DNA of 64,000 nucleotides from Treponemataceae bacterium (GCA_963677895.2 CAXXGJ010000038.1:96001-160000), one strand, 5' to 3'; shown: positions 47,112 to 56,994, counted from the stretch's first letter. Numbers and translations are program-made. Notes: generated by a model not told the origin, from the letters alone.

Positions 47112-47709
47112 GCTTTCTGGACTCCATTATTTTATCCGCCAGGCCGTATTCTATGGCTTCCTGCGCGCTCATGTAGAAATCGCGTTCCATGTCGGAAGCG
47201 AGGCGCTCGATTTCCTTGCTCGTATGACGGGCAAAGTACTCGATGGTAAGTTTCTTGAGGCGGACAATCTCACGGGCCTGAAGGCTTATGTCGCTGGACT
47301 GGCCGGAAGCGTTTCCCCAGGGCTGGTGGATGAGAATCCTCGAGGAGGGAAGGGCGAAGCGCTTGCCGGGCGTGCCACAGGCGAGAATGAGAGCGGCCAT
47401 GGATGAGGCCTGGCCGAGGCAGATCGTCTGCACGTCGGGCTTGATGTACTGGATCGTGTCGTAGATGGAGAGGCCGGCGGTGACCGAGCCTCCCGGGCAG
47501 TTGATATAGATGGAAATGTCCCTTCCCGGATCCTGGGATTCCAGGAAGAGCAGCTGCGCGACGATAAGGTCGGCGGTGATGTCGTTGATTTCCCCGTCGA
47601 TGAACACGACGCGGTCTTTGAGGAGGCGGGAGTAGATATCGTAGGATCGTTCACCGATGCCCGTCTGTTCAATGACGATGGGCACCAGATTGTTCATTTG
47701 TTCATTCAT
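47089..47709 (-). CDS. clpP: Clp protease proteolytic subunit
   Basis: [33 protein letters not shown]. Confidence 0.97.
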   Translation of the reverse strand: MNEQMNNLVPIVIEQTGIGERSYDIYSRLLKDRVVFIDGEINDITADLIVAQLLFLESQDPGRDISIYINCPGGSVTAGLSIYDTIQYIKPDVQTICLGQASSMAALILACGTPGKRFALPSSRILIHQPWGNASGQSSDISLQAREIVRLKKLTIEYFARHTSKEIERLASDMERDFYMSAQEAIEYGLADKIMESRKHAQIQKA

Positions 47710-47765
47710 CGCGGTTTCCTTAGGGCTATGGTAATGATGTTCAGCCGTATTCGAGCCCTTACAAA

Positions 47766-49121
47766 TTACTCATTCCTGCCCATGAAGTCCACAAAGGAGA
47801 CCGCTTCGCCTTCCTTGAATACAGCGCTCGCGAGGACGGAATCGAAGAACTTGTTCTCGCAGATGTGTTCTTTCAGGTACTCGACGGACTGGCGTTTTTC
47901 GTACTCGGCCTTCACTTCCTCGGCCGACATGGATGTGCCTTCGGATTGCTTGGCGTATTCGGCGGCGAGATCCGCGTCGGTAGCCACGAAGGACCCGGCT
48001 TCGATCAGCTTGTCGAGGACGAGCCTGCCGGAAATAGCCTTCTGGACGAGGGGCTTCCAGTCTTCATAAAGCTGGGCACGGCTCTTGCCTGAGTATTCGG
48101 CTATCCTTTCCATTTTCTCGTCGGTATCGATGCCCATCTCGCGCTTGAGGGAATCCCAGCGCATCGAAAGCTCGGCCGCGCTCATGGATTCGGGAATATC
48201 TATGCTCGTTCTCTTGAGCAGTTCGTCGATGATCGCCTTCTCCTTGAGCTCGCGCAGGCGGGCGTCGAGGGAAGTCTGGAGCTGCGTCCTCAGGGCTTTC
48301 TTCAGGTCGTCGAGGGTCTTGTACTTTTCGGAAATATCCTGGGCGAGCTCGTCGTCCAGAGCGGGAAGGTTCTTCTGCTTGACCTTGGTCACTTTCACGG
48401 AAAGCGTGACGGTCTTGCCCGCCAATTCCTTGTATTCGAAGTCGTCGGCATAGGTTTTGCTGAAGGTCTTGCTGTCCCCGGCCGCCATGCCGACGATCTC
48501 ATCGTCGAACTTATAGAGGTTGAGGCCCTTGCCGATCTCGAAAGTGAAATCCTCGCGCGAACTGCCTTCGACAGCGGCGCCTTCCGCGTTCAGTTCTGAC
48601 CAATTGAGGGTGACGATGTCGCCCTTGACGGCGGCTTCAGCCTTCTCGACGACGATGGCGTTCCTGTCGCGAACCTGATCGAGTTCGCGGGTCATATCCT
48701 CTTCGCCGACTTCCACCTTGGGGAGGGAAATCTCGATTGTATCGAGGGAAGGAATCGCGAAGACGGGGAAAACGTCGTAGGTGACGCTGAAGGTGAAATC
48801 CTTGTCGATCGCGAACTCCGGTTCGCCGTCGAGGGCGGGGGCTTCGTAGGCGAGGGGCTTTTCCTCGCTGTCCGCGAGCGCCGACTCCACTGCCTTCTCG
48901 AGAACCCTGCTCATGGCGTCGAGCCTGAGGCTGTCGCCGAACTTCCTCTCGAGGACGGAGGTGGGCACATGGCCTTTCCTGAATCCGTCCAGCTTGACGC
49001 TGCGGGTGTATTCATTCATCATTTCATCGTAGATCGTTCGGACATCGGCGGCCGGGACGGTTGCCGTCATCTTGACTTTGGAGTGTTCGAGCTTTTCGGT
49101 CTTCTTTTCAGAAATCACCAT
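47766..49121 (-). CDS. tig: Trigger factor
   Basis: [12 protein letters not shown] domain, ELAGK, LDDELA; upstream of clpP. Confidence 0.94.
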   Translation of the reverse strand: MVISEKKTEKLEHSKVKMTATVPAADVRTIYDEMMNEYTRSVKLDGFRKGHVPTSVLERKFGDSLRLDAMSRVLEKAVESALADSEEKPLAYEAPALDGEPEFAIDKDFTFSVTYDVFPVFAIPSLDTIEISLPKVEVGEEDMTRELDQVRDRNAIVVEKAEAAVKGDIVTLNWSELNAEGAAVEGSSREDFTFEIGKGLNLYKFDDEIVGMAAGDSKTFSKTYADDFEYKELAGKTVTLSVKVTKVKQKNLPALDDELAQDISEKYKTLDDLKKALRTQLQTSLDARLRELKEKAIIDELLKRTSIDIPESMSAAELSMRWDSLKREMGIDTDEKMERIAEYSGKSRAQLYEDWKPLVQKAISGRLVLDKLIEAGSFVATDADLAAEYAKQSEGTSMSAEEVKAEYEKRQSVEYLKEHICENKFFDSVLASAVFKEGEAVSFVDFMGRNE

Positions 49122-49220
49122 AAGTTCCTCTCGGAAGGAAAGTTTAGCCTCGCCGTCAAAGGCAGGCATTGGGTAGCTTTACGAGGCTTTTTATCAGTTA
49201 AGTATATCCCCGTGAAGCGC

Positions 49221-49255
49221 AAAAAAAAAGGCGATTCGGCAGGTTCCGAATCGCC
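49221..49255 (-). terminator. Terminator after the tRNA cluster
   Basis: A9-GGCGATTCGG-CAGGTT-CCGAATCGCC. Confidence 0.85.
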
Positions 49256-49262
49256 ACATTGT

Positions 49263-49337
49263 TGGAGCGGGAAACGGGAGTCGGACCCGCGACATCGACC
49301 TTGGCAAGGTCGCGCTCTACCACTGAGCTATTCCCGC
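49263..49337 (-). tRNA. tRNA-Gly(GCC), CCA encoded, atypical T loop
   Basis: GCGGGAATAGCTCAGTGGTAGAGCGCGACCTTGCCAAGGTCGATGTCGCGGGTCCGACTCCCGTTTCCCGCTCCA. Confidence 0.93.
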
Positions 49338-49390
49338 GCAATTACGCGCCTTCTCGATGCAGCCGATTCCCGCGGTAAGCAGGAACAACC

Positions 49391-49471
49391 TGCGAGAGAA
49401 GGGACTTGAACCCTCACGCCGTAAGGCACTAGATCCTAAGTCTAGCGTGTCTGCCATTCCACCACTCTCGC
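49391..49471 (-). tRNA. tRNA-Leu(TAG)
   Basis: CTAGA-CT TAG GA-TCTAG, variable arm, GTTCAAG. Confidence 0.95.
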
Positions 49472-49563
49472 GCACGAAGCGCATCCTAGCGGAACGACCA
49501 CCGCGTTGTCAAGAGAGAGCAGTCAACTTGCGCCAGGCGGAAGTTGACCGATCACCTTGCTCA

Positions 49564-49636
49564 TGAGCCGCGCAGGTTTCGAACCTGCGACCCACAGATT
49601 AAGAGTCTGTTGCTCTGCCAGCTGAGCTAGCGGCCC
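49564..49636 (-). tRNA. tRNA-Lys(CTT)
   Basis: ACAGA-CT CTT AA-TCTGT, GTTCGAA. Confidence 0.95.
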
Positions 49637-49655
49637 AAAAAACAAAAACAAAACA

Positions 49656-49729
49656 TGCGTCCGACAGGAATCGAACCTGCGACCTACGGATTCGAAGTCC
49701 GTCGCTCTATCCAGCTGAGCTACGAACGC
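49656..49729 (-). tRNA. tRNA-Arg(TCG)
   Basis: ACGGA-CT TCG AA-TCCGT, GTTCGATT. Confidence 0.95.
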
Positions 49730-49783
49730 GTCTAATCAAGGTACAGACCCAATTCCAACAGTCTGGTGCAGGATCTGGACTCG

Positions 49784-49857
49784 GGTGGGTGATGGGGTTT
49801 GAACCCACGACAACCAGATCCACAGTCTGGCACTCTACCACCTGAGCTACACCCACC
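49784..49857 (-). tRNA. tRNA-His(GTG)
   Basis: G-1 present, CCAGA-CT GTG GA-TCTGG, C73 discriminator. Confidence 0.95.
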
Positions 49858-49875
49858 GTGCAATCGGCAGGCAAT

Positions 49876-49904
49876 ACAATGACGAAAACTCCTTTTTATG
49901 TCAA
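49876..49904 (-). promoter_or_regulatory. Promoter of the tRNA cluster
   Basis: Minus strand TTGACA-N17-CATTGT. Confidence 0.6.
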
Positions 49905-49940
49905 GGGGAAAAATGCTTTTTTTAAATTCCAGGCCGATTT

Positions 49941-50795
49941 TCAGAAAATGGGTTGGGCGACGTATACATTGTCCAGATACTCAAAGGCGGGGGCGGCGAT
50001 TCTATCCATTTCCCGGCTCGAGAGAGGCGGCCGGTTCCATTGGAAGGCGGGGTGATAGGGCGTTATATGGAGGGGTATCTCCCTGGAGAGTGACCCAAGG
50101 AAGGAAGCGATGCCCCGCATTTCTTCCTCGCTGTCCAAGATACCCGGAACGAGGAGCGACGTGATCTCCGTGTGGCAGGAGGCGGCGGCAATCTGTATGA
50201 ATTTCTTGACGGCTTCAAGTTCTCCGCCGAGCTTTTTGTGGTAGGTGGAGGCCGAGTAGCACTTGAGATCGATGTTCGCAGCGTCGGTGAGCGAAAGGAT
50301 GTCCCTGGCGGGCGCTTCAAGGAGGTTGCCGTTCGTCACGAGCACCGTCTTCAATCCCCGCTCCCGCGCCAGCTTCATGCATTCCTTGACATATTCTATA
50401 TGAAGACTAGGTTCGGAATAGGTGAAGCTTATGGACGGCAGGCCGGAATCGCGGGCCATATCGACCAAGGCTTCAGGGTTGATGACTCTGGCTTCCACGG
50501 TTCTGGGCTGGGCGATTTCCCAGTTTTGGCAAAAGGGGCAACGCATCGTACAGTGCCAGAAGCCGACGGAAAAAGTCCTGGTTCCAGGAAGAAAGCGCCG
50601 CAGCGGTTTTTTCTCGATGGGATCGAGGGCTATGGATGATATAAGGCCGTAGAACGGAAGCAGCATTCTGCCGCCTTCATTCATCCTCGTCCTGCATTTT
50701 CCGCTGTCCGCTTCGCCCAGAATGCAGGCATGGGGACATAACCTGCATTGGATGCGGGTATCGTCGAGACGGGAAAAATACTCGGCATCGTGCAT
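49941..50795 (-). CDS. amrS: AmmeMemoRadiSam system radical SAM enzyme (PFL-activase-like)
   Basis: CRLCPHAC...GKC, DPIEKKPL, CTMRCPFCQNWEI, FTYSEP, NIDLK. Confidence 0.85.
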   Translation of the reverse strand: MHDAEYFSRLDDTRIQCRLCPHACILGEADSGKCRTRMNEGGRMLLPFYGLISSIALDPIEKKPLRRFLPGTRTFSVGFWHCTMRCPFCQNWEIAQPRTVEARVINPEALVDMARDSGLPSISFTYSEPSLHIEYVKECMKLARERGLKTVLVTNGNLLEAPARDILSLTDAANIDLKCYSASTYHKKLGGELEAVKKFIQIAAASCHTEITSLLVPGILDSEEEMRGIASFLGSLSREIPLHITPYHPAFQWNRPPLSSREMDRIAAPAFEYLDNVYVAQPIF

Positions 50796-50822
50796 GGACT
50801 GCCTCCGCGTCTTCCTGAGAGG

Positions 50823-51230
50823 TCAGCGTTTCTCGGAATGCGTCTGGAAAACCTGAGCCAGTTTCGTTCTGAGAACCATGGACTCGCGCGGTCCAATAAA
50901 AGTATCGCCTACCTCAAAAGGTTCATAGCGAAGCGCTATGGCGCCGCGTTTGACCCATATTCGTATGAGGGATCTGGCGGCGCCTTGTTCGTTGACGGGC
51001 GAGGGCAGCTCGTCGGCGGCCAGCACGTCGCTAATCCTGAATTCCAGGACGACGCCTTCCTCGAGCCATCGGAGCTTTTCCTGGCGGGCGGTGAGGAGAA
51101 GGCATTTATCGGAATCGTAAGGATGTTTTCGCAGGGCTCCAATGAAGGCGATGGCGTCGAGGGCTTCATGCTTTCCGTATTTGACGACATCGAAGAAGGG
51201 TGCAGAATCCAGGAATTCCGAAATGCTCAT
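50823..51230 (-). CDS. Hypothetical protein
   Basis: 135 aa, GGAGG RBS, between lnt and amrS on the same strand; motif GALRKHPYD. Confidence 0.75.
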   Translation of the reverse strand: MSISEFLDSAPFFDVVKYGKHEALDAIAFIGALRKHPYDSDKCLLLTARQEKLRWLEEGVVLEFRISDVLAADELPSPVNEQGAARSLIRIWVKRGAIALRYEPFEVGDTFIGPRESMVLRTKLAQVFQTHSEKR

Positions 51231-51262
51231 GGCCTCCTCCTTATCTTCAGCCTGTGATATTC

Positions 51263-52873
51263 CTAGTAAAGGACATTTCCCCTGTCCGCGCAAGCCATCT
51301 TCCTGCGGAACCTCACACAAATCATAATGCCGCAGAAAGCCAAAAGTAACGTGCAGAGTTCCGCGAACCAGTCGCCGTATAATGTGTAGAGCGTGGGCTC
51401 GGAAGGGGCGTAGACGGGTATGTCGACCGTCATGGACTGGGCCTCGAACTGGGGCATCTCGTAGAGCGTATTGCCCCAGGCGTCCACGACGCAGGAAACG
51501 CCGGAATTCGTGCTTCGCACCAGGGTTCGCCTGTTCTCGATGGCCCTTATCCTCGCTATAGCCCAGTGCTGGATCTGGGCGCTCTTTGTCCTGGACCAGG
51601 AATCGTTCGTCAGGTTAATGAGGAGGTCGGCCCCTTTCAGGAAATACTGGCGGCAGAGATCGGCGAAGGCATCCTCGAAGCAGATGGGGGTGCCGAATAG
51701 GATCTCCGCGCCGTCGGAAGCCCTGGGCGCAATTGGAAATAAAGTAATTTCTTTGCCCATAACCCAGCCGCTTTCCAGGCCCACGACATCCTGCATGAAG
51801 TTCCTGAACCAGTTGTATTCCCATAGAGGTATGGCCTCGGCGAAGGGAACAGGGTGGATCTTGGCATAGGAATCCAGCAGTCTTCCCTGGCTGGATATGA
51901 GAAGGACCGAATTCGTAGCTTCGTACTTGTCCCAATCGAGGATGACCGGCGCTCCCGTCAGAAGAAGCGATCCGCTTTCGGCGAGAAAGGGCAGGAGAGG
52001 ATCGGATTTCGGATTCTTGGCGAACCAAGGCCGATATTCCGCGAAAGGCCGCTGGAGGCTTGTTTCGCTGAATACGACGAGGTCCACGGGCTGACCGCCG
52101 ATCGCCTTGTTCGTCTCATAAGCCTGTCTGGCCAGATCGACGTTGGACTGCAGCACGGGCATTTCCCCCGAGAGCCAGGGATCCGTATTCTGCTGAACGA
52201 GCGTCGCGCGGATGGTCGCTTTCTGGGGGATAGGTCGCAGGCCGGCAGCCAAGCCATAGACGAGCGCGATAAAAAGCGTGAAAGCGAGGAAAGCGGCTCC
52301 TCTGGCGGCAAAATCGGGCTTTGGACTGGATAGTCGAGGTCTTCCTCGCTGCGTAATGAACTCGGCGCAAATTGCGGATGACAGGGCGAGGAGAAAGGAA
52401 ATTCCGTAGATGCCTGTCGTGTCGGCCGTCTGGAGGAGGAGGGGAATGGAGCTGAGGGAGTAGGGGAGCAGCCCCCAGGGATAGCCGAGGAAACCGATGG
52501 ATTTGAGATATTCGAAGGTAACCCATCCGATCGCGAAGAGAAAGGGGCGATAGGCGCGGACCTCATTTCGCAGAAGGAAATTGCAGTACATGGCCGCGAC
52601 GGCGTAGACAATGGCGTAGGCGAGGGTGGTCGCTCCCAGGGTCCAGAAAGCGAAATCCTTGTAGAAGAAAAGCCAATACGAAGTGAGCGCGTGATTCAAG
52701 GATCCGAAAACGGCGCCGATCAGGGCAGCCCGCCTGGGGCTGCTGGCGCGGCGCAAGGCTATATAGAGAGGAATCAGCGCCACAAAGCCGGTGGGCCAGA
52801 ACCCTGTGAGGAATATTTCATTCGGGAGGGATACTGCGCAGAGAAGCGCTGAAAAAAGCGGCAGAAGGATCAT
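51263..52873 (-). CDS. lnt: Apolipoprotein N-acyltransferase
   Basis: TM region, LGYPW, nitrilase triad FSET / AKIHPVPFAE / ICFED, NDSW, RAIENRR. Confidence 0.94.
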   Translation of the reverse strand: MILLPLFSALLCAVSLPNEIFLTGFWPTGFVALIPLYIALRRASSPRRAALIGAVFGSLNHALTSYWLFFYKDFAFWTLGATTLAYAIVYAVAAMYCNFLLRNEVRAYRPFLFAIGWVTFEYLKSIGFLGYPWGLLPYSLSSIPLLLQTADTTGIYGISFLLALSSAICAEFITQRGRPRLSSPKPDFAARGAAFLAFTLFIALVYGLAAGLRPIPQKATIRATLVQQNTDPWLSGEMPVLQSNVDLARQAYETNKAIGGQPVDLVVFSETSLQRPFAEYRPWFAKNPKSDPLLPFLAESGSLLLTGAPVILDWDKYEATNSVLLISSQGRLLDSYAKIHPVPFAEAIPLWEYNWFRNFMQDVVGLESGWVMGKEITLFPIAPRASDGAEILFGTPICFEDAFADLCRQYFLKGADLLINLTNDSWSRTKSAQIQHWAIARIRAIENRRTLVRSTNSGVSCVVDAWGNTLYEMPQFEAQSMTVDIPVYAPSEPTLYTLYGDWFAELCTLLLAFCGIMICVRFRRKMACADRGNVLY

Positions 52874-52949
52874 ATTCGACGATTATGACAGAAAAGGGCG
52901 TCGAACAAAAGTATTGACCTGAACATTCCGAGGCTATACAGTCCTAACC

Positions 52950-53444
52950 ATGACTGCAGTCTTCGCCGGCACTTTCGATCCGCCCACCTCAGGCCATATG
53001 GATATCATACGCAGGGCATCCTCAATGTTCACCGAACTGAGGGTTGTCATCGCGCATAATTTCCAGAAACAGCCGCTTTTCACCGTGGATGAGCGCGCCG
53101 ACATGCTGCGCGATCTTGTCGCGGAGGCCGGACTGACCAATGTAGTCATCGATTCATGGGAAGGGCTCATTTCAGAATATGCCAAGAAACACCGCTGCGG
53201 CATTCTTCTCAGAAGCGTCAGGAACATGAGCGAAGTACCCTATGAGCAGATGATGGCTACCTTCAACAAGCGTCTCGAGGAGAATCTTGAGACCCTTCTC
53301 ATGTTCGCGAGCCCCGAATTCGTGGATGTGAGTTCGAGCGCCGTGCGCGAATTGCTTGTGTGGAAAAAGCTTCCTCGCGGCATTGTGCCAAATCTGGTGC
53401 AAAAAGAACTGGAAAAACGCTTCGGACCACTTCTACAAGATTAA
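52950..53444 (+). CDS. coaD: Pantetheine-phosphate adenylyltransferase
   Basis: GTFDPPTSGHMDII.RA, VSSSAVREL. Confidence 0.93.
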   Translation: MTAVFAGTFDPPTSGHMDIIRRASSMFTELRVVIAHNFQKQPLFTVDERADMLRDLVAEAGLTNVVIDSWEGLISEYAKKHRCGILLRSVRNMSEVPYEQMMATFNKRLEENLETLLMFASPEFVDVSSSAVRELLVWKKLPRGIVPNLVQKELEKRFGPLLQD

Positions 53445-53486
53445 AATTTGAGGTAAATTGGTGTGCGCTTGAAAAGGGCTCTGCTC

Positions 53487-53515
53487 TTGACAAAATTTGA
53501 AAATTTGTATATTGT
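53487..53515 (+). promoter_or_regulatory. Promoter of rpmF-acpP-rnc
   Basis: TTGACA-N17-TATTGT. Confidence 0.65.
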
Positions 53516-53559
53516 CCCCAGTTGTACTGGGCGAAACTTAGCGCAAATGAGGTTATATC

Positions 53560-53745
53560 ATGGCTGTACCTAAATTTAGGACTTCTAAGGCGAGAACGCG
53601 TAGACGTCGTTCCGTGAACATGAAGCTGACCGCTCCTACGATCGTACAGTGCGGAAACTGCGGCAACCCTGTTCTCCTCCACCAAGTCTGCCCGAAGTGC
53701 GGCTTTTACCGGGGCAAGCAGATCATCGCCCCAGAATCCAAATAA
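53560..53745 (+). CDS. rpmF: 50S ribosomal protein L32
   Basis: MAVPK..TSKARTRRRR, CGNC, CPKCGFY. Confidence 0.97.
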   Translation: MAVPKFRTSKARTRRRRSVNMKLTAPTIVQCGNCGNPVLLHQVCPKCGFYRGKQIIAPESK

Positions 53746-53756
53746 GGAGCACACCG

Positions 53757-53993
53757 ATGGACGAGCTTTTTGAAAAGGTCAAGAAGATTATAGCTGACAA
53801 GCTGGAAGTTGAAGAAAGCAAGATTACGCTGGACGCAAGCTTCCGCCAGGATCTTGGCGCCGATTCCCTCGATACCTACGAACTCGTGTATGGAATCGAA
53901 GAGGAGCTTGGCATCCAGATTCCCGATGAAAAAGCGAATGAGTTCGAAACTGTTCGCGATGCCTACGAATTCATCAAGACCCAGGTCAAATAA
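53757..53993 (+). CDS. acpP: Acyl carrier protein
   Basis: DLGADSLD, IPDE; AAGGAG RBS. Confidence 0.96.
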   Translation: MDELFEKVKKIIADKLEVEESKITLDASFRQDLGADSLDTYELVYGIEEELGIQIPDEKANEFETVRDAYEFIKTQVK

Positions 53994-54035
53994 CGACCAT
54001 TTCGTGAAGGCGCGGGTGGATTCCCTGTCGTGGTT

Positions 54036-54809
54036 ATGCGAATGATCACGCAGGAAGTTACTCCGCGCCAGCTTTTTCTCCATGAGTTCCAAGAACGCCT
54101 CAAAATCTCATTCAACAATGTCTCCCTTCTTGATTCATCACTGACACACCGATCTTTCCTCAACGAAATCAACCAGGCCGAAGCCATTACGCACAATGAA
54201 AGACTGGAGTTCCTGGGCGACTCCGTCTTGGGTCAGGTGGTGGCATCCCTCCTCTACTTCAAGCTGGACGGAAGACCCGAAGGCGAACTGGCGCGCATAA
54301 AGAGCATCGTCGTATCGGAACAGACCCTGGCGCCTCTCGCCATGACCTTAGGCATAGCCGAAGCGCTGCGGTTGGGCAGAGGAGAGGAACTCTCGGGGGG
54401 GCGGACAAAGAAGGCTCTTCTGGCCGATGCGCTCGAAGCTCTCATCGGGGCGATTTTCCTGGACCAGGGTTATGAAGCCGCGCAGCGTTTCGTCGCCTGC
54501 CTGCTGGAATCTTCCATCGATGAGGCTATCAGCGGGAAAAGCAAGGACTACAAGACAGTCATTCAGGAATACGCGCAGAAATATTACAAGGAACTGCCTC
54601 AGTATTTTCTTGAGAAGACGGAAGGTCCGGAACACGACAGGCTTTTCTGGGTTTCCTGCAAGGTCGGCAAGAAAAAATACGGTCCCTGCAAGGGCAAGAC
54701 CAAGAAGGAAGCCGAGCAGGTGGTGGCAGAAGATATCTATTCAAGCCTGAAAAACGGCTCCGCGCTCGCGGCCAAACGTCTCGCCGCCATAACAAGCCTT
54801 TCTCAGTAG
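54036..54809 (+). CDS. rnc: Ribonuclease III (start uncertain, 54030-54042)
   Basis: LTHRS, NERLEFLGDSVL, ADALEALIGAIFLD, dsRBD. Confidence 0.96.
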   Translation: MRMITQEVTPRQLFLHEFQERLKISFNNVSLLDSSLTHRSFLNEINQAEAITHNERLEFLGDSVLGQVVASLLYFKLDGRPEGELARIKSIVVSEQTLAPLAMTLGIAEALRLGRGEELSGGRTKKALLADALEALIGAIFLDQGYEAAQRFVACLLESSIDEAISGKSKDYKTVIQEYAQKYYKELPQYFLEKTEGPEHDRLFWVSCKVGKKKYGPCKGKTKKEAEQVVAEDIYSSLKNGSALAAKRLAAITSLSQ

Positions 54810-56167
54810 CCGCTCGGGTAGCGGTCCTTTAAGGCCGCGGCGATTTTAAGCAGGATTTCCCTTTCGTTCTGGGCAGGATCGTCCAGGACCGTTTCCAACA
54901 ATTCACCTAGAATTTTCCCCATGACGGGCCCCCTGGGCACGCCTATGAGCGCCAAGTCGTTTCCGTTTACCGCAAGGTCCTTGATGCTGAAGGCGGTCTT
55001 CTGCAACAAGATCGCGTCGATGCGTTTCCTGAAGGCGTCGAGAGGGCTGGGGTCGGGTTTCGTGCCCTGCGTGGCGGCCGCGTCGGCAATCCGCAGGTCA
55101 AAAAGATCCTCGATGGAGTCGACTCCCACTTTGGTTATGAAACGCCTGACGGCGGCGTCGCTCCAGTCTTCCGTGAAATTGAACATATGGTTTCTGATGA
55201 GGTGAAGGACCTTGTCCATAACCTCGTTGGGAAACTTCAATCTCCGCATGGCCACGGCAGCCAGCTGGGCGGAGACTTTCTCATGGTTGTAGAAGGTGGG
55301 AATACCGTCGGGGCCCAGAACGGAAGCCGCCGGTTTTCCCGCGTCGTGAAAGAGCGCCGCCAGCCTTACGGCCAAGTCCATTCGCGCTGCATCCACCGAC
55401 AGGAAAAGGTGATCCATGACATCGAAAGAATGCATGCCTTTTTGCCCGCAGCCCCTGGAGGGAAGCAATTCGGGCAGTATTTCGTCCAGGAATCCCGAGG
55501 ATTCCAGAAGCCGCAATCCCGTCGAAGGGGAAGGACTCATGAGAATTTTCTGCAGCTCGTCGCGCACTCTTTCCCGGGAAACTTGCCTGAATGTTCCAAG
55601 GGCCGATGAAATCGCGAAAAAGGTCGATTCCTCGATGGAGAAACCCAGCTGGGCGGCGAAACGGATGGCCCTGAGCGGCCTCAAACCGTCCTCTGCGAAC
55701 CTTAGAGCGGGGGAGCCTACGCTTCTGATGCAGCGCTTCTTTATATCTTCCTGACCGAGGAATGGATCGTAGAGTTTGCCAGATAGCACGTCCAGCGCCA
55801 TCGCGTTCATGGTGAAATCGCGCCTGGACAGGTCTTCCTCGATATCGGCTACGAATTTCACTGAATCGGGCCTCCGCCCGTCCGTGTAGCCGCCCTCAAC
55901 CCTGAAGGTCGTGATTTCCACCGAAAAGCGGCCGGTCAGCACCGTCACCGTTCCATGTTTGATACCCGTGGGAATAACCCTCGGGAAAAGGGAGATTATC
56001 TCCTGAGGCGAGGCGTCGGTGGCCATGTCAAAGTCATTGCCGACCCGACGCTTCATGAAATGATCGCGAAGCGCGCCGCCGACGAGATAGGCTTTCTTGC
56101 CCCTGCTGTTCACCTTTTCGGCGATGAGGCGGATTTCCTTGGGTATATTGAAAAGAGTGAGCATCAT
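54803..56167 (-). CDS. cca: tRNA nucleotidyltransferase (CCA-adding family) with HD domain
   Basis: VGGALRD, DFDMAT, EITTFR, RRDFTMNAMA, EDGLRPLR, SRERV, HDAGK. Confidence 0.85.
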   Translation of the reverse strand: MMLTLFNIPKEIRLIAEKVNSRGKKAYLVGGALRDHFMKRRVGNDFDMATDASPQEIISLFPRVIPTGIKHGTVTVLTGRFSVEITTFRVEGGYTDGRRPDSVKFVADIEEDLSRRDFTMNAMALDVLSGKLYDPFLGQEDIKKRCIRSVGSPALRFAEDGLRPLRAIRFAAQLGFSIEESTFFAISSALGTFRQVSRERVRDELQKILMSPSPSTGLRLLESSGFLDEILPELLPSRGCGQKGMHSFDVMDHLFLSVDAARMDLAVRLAALFHDAGKPAASVLGPDGIPTFYNHEKVSAQLAAVAMRRLKFPNEVMDKVLHLIRNHMFNFTEDWSDAAVRRFITKVGVDSIEDLFDLRIADAAATQGTKPDPSPLDAFRKRIDAILLQKTAFSIKDLAVNGNDLALIGVPRGPVMGKILGELLETVLDDPAQNEREILLKIAAALKDRYPSGY

Positions 56168-56346
56168 CAGGCCAACTTCCCACACTGGATCGACATATGC
56201 GTGAAAGTCTATACCAAGCCCTCCCATATTGTCCATCAAGCGCGTGTCAGCGCCGGTCGTCATGCCGGCTTGCCGATCGGTAATTGCCGTTTGGCGCTTG
56301 GAGGGCATGATTGACAAACTGTCTGCTTGATACGAACCTGATCCGG

Positions 56347-56994
56347 ATGAAAGCGTTAATCATAACGGGCGGGGAAGGCCCTGCACCGGATAATCTCAGG
56401 CGACTGGCCGAGGCGGCCGATCTTGTCATAGCCGCGGACTCTGGCCTCGACGCGGCCATCCAGGCAAGCATCCAGCCTGATCTCGTCGTCGGGGATTTTG
56501 ACAGCCTGGAAGATTTGTCCAGCCTAGACGCGATTCCCCCGGAACGGATCCTTCGGTATTCGCCCGAAAAGGACGATACCGATACGGAAATCGCCTTATC
56601 AGCGGCCAGGGCGAGAGGAGCCGACTATCTCGTCATCGCCGGCGGCGGAGGAGGAAGGCTGGATCACCTGCTCGCCTTGACCAATCTGTTCGCCAGAAGT
56701 GAGACGCCCCGCGAATGGCATACGCTTCATGACTCGATCTATTTCCTGGAAAAGAAAACATCGGCTGTTTTTAACGTTGTCTCCGGGGCGACGGTCTCTG
56801 TTTTTCCCGCCGGGAGCGGGAGAAGCGTGGGCATGTCGTCCGAAGGATTAAAATGGCCGCTAAAGGGCCTTCGATGGGAAAAAGGGCATTTCGGCATCAG
56901 CAACGAAGGCACGACTGAGAAAATCGGGATTTCAGCGGGATCCAGCGCCCTTCTCGTTATCCTTCCCGCCGGCGGCGAACGCCTTCTTGAGTAG
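56347..56994 (+). CDS. thiN: Thiamine pyrophosphokinase
   Basis: AADSG, GDFDS, EKDDTD, GGRLDH, GLKWPL, GISN. Confidence 0.93.
   Translation: MKALIITGGEGPAPDNLRRLAEAADLVIAADSGLDAAIQASIQPDLVVGDFDSLEDLSSLDAIPPERILRYSPEKDDTDTEIALSAARARGADYLVIAGGGGGRLDHLLALTNLFARSETPREWHTLHDSIYFLEKKTSAVFNVVSGATVSVFPAGSGRSVGMSSEGLKWPLKGLRWEKGHFGISNEGTTEKIGISAGSSALLVILPAGGERLLE

Noticed and set aside
56932..56994. 63-bp convergent overlap of thiN and the HIT gene as a regulatory device
   Set aside because: Only poorly conserved tails overlap; common in compact genomes, with no further evidence
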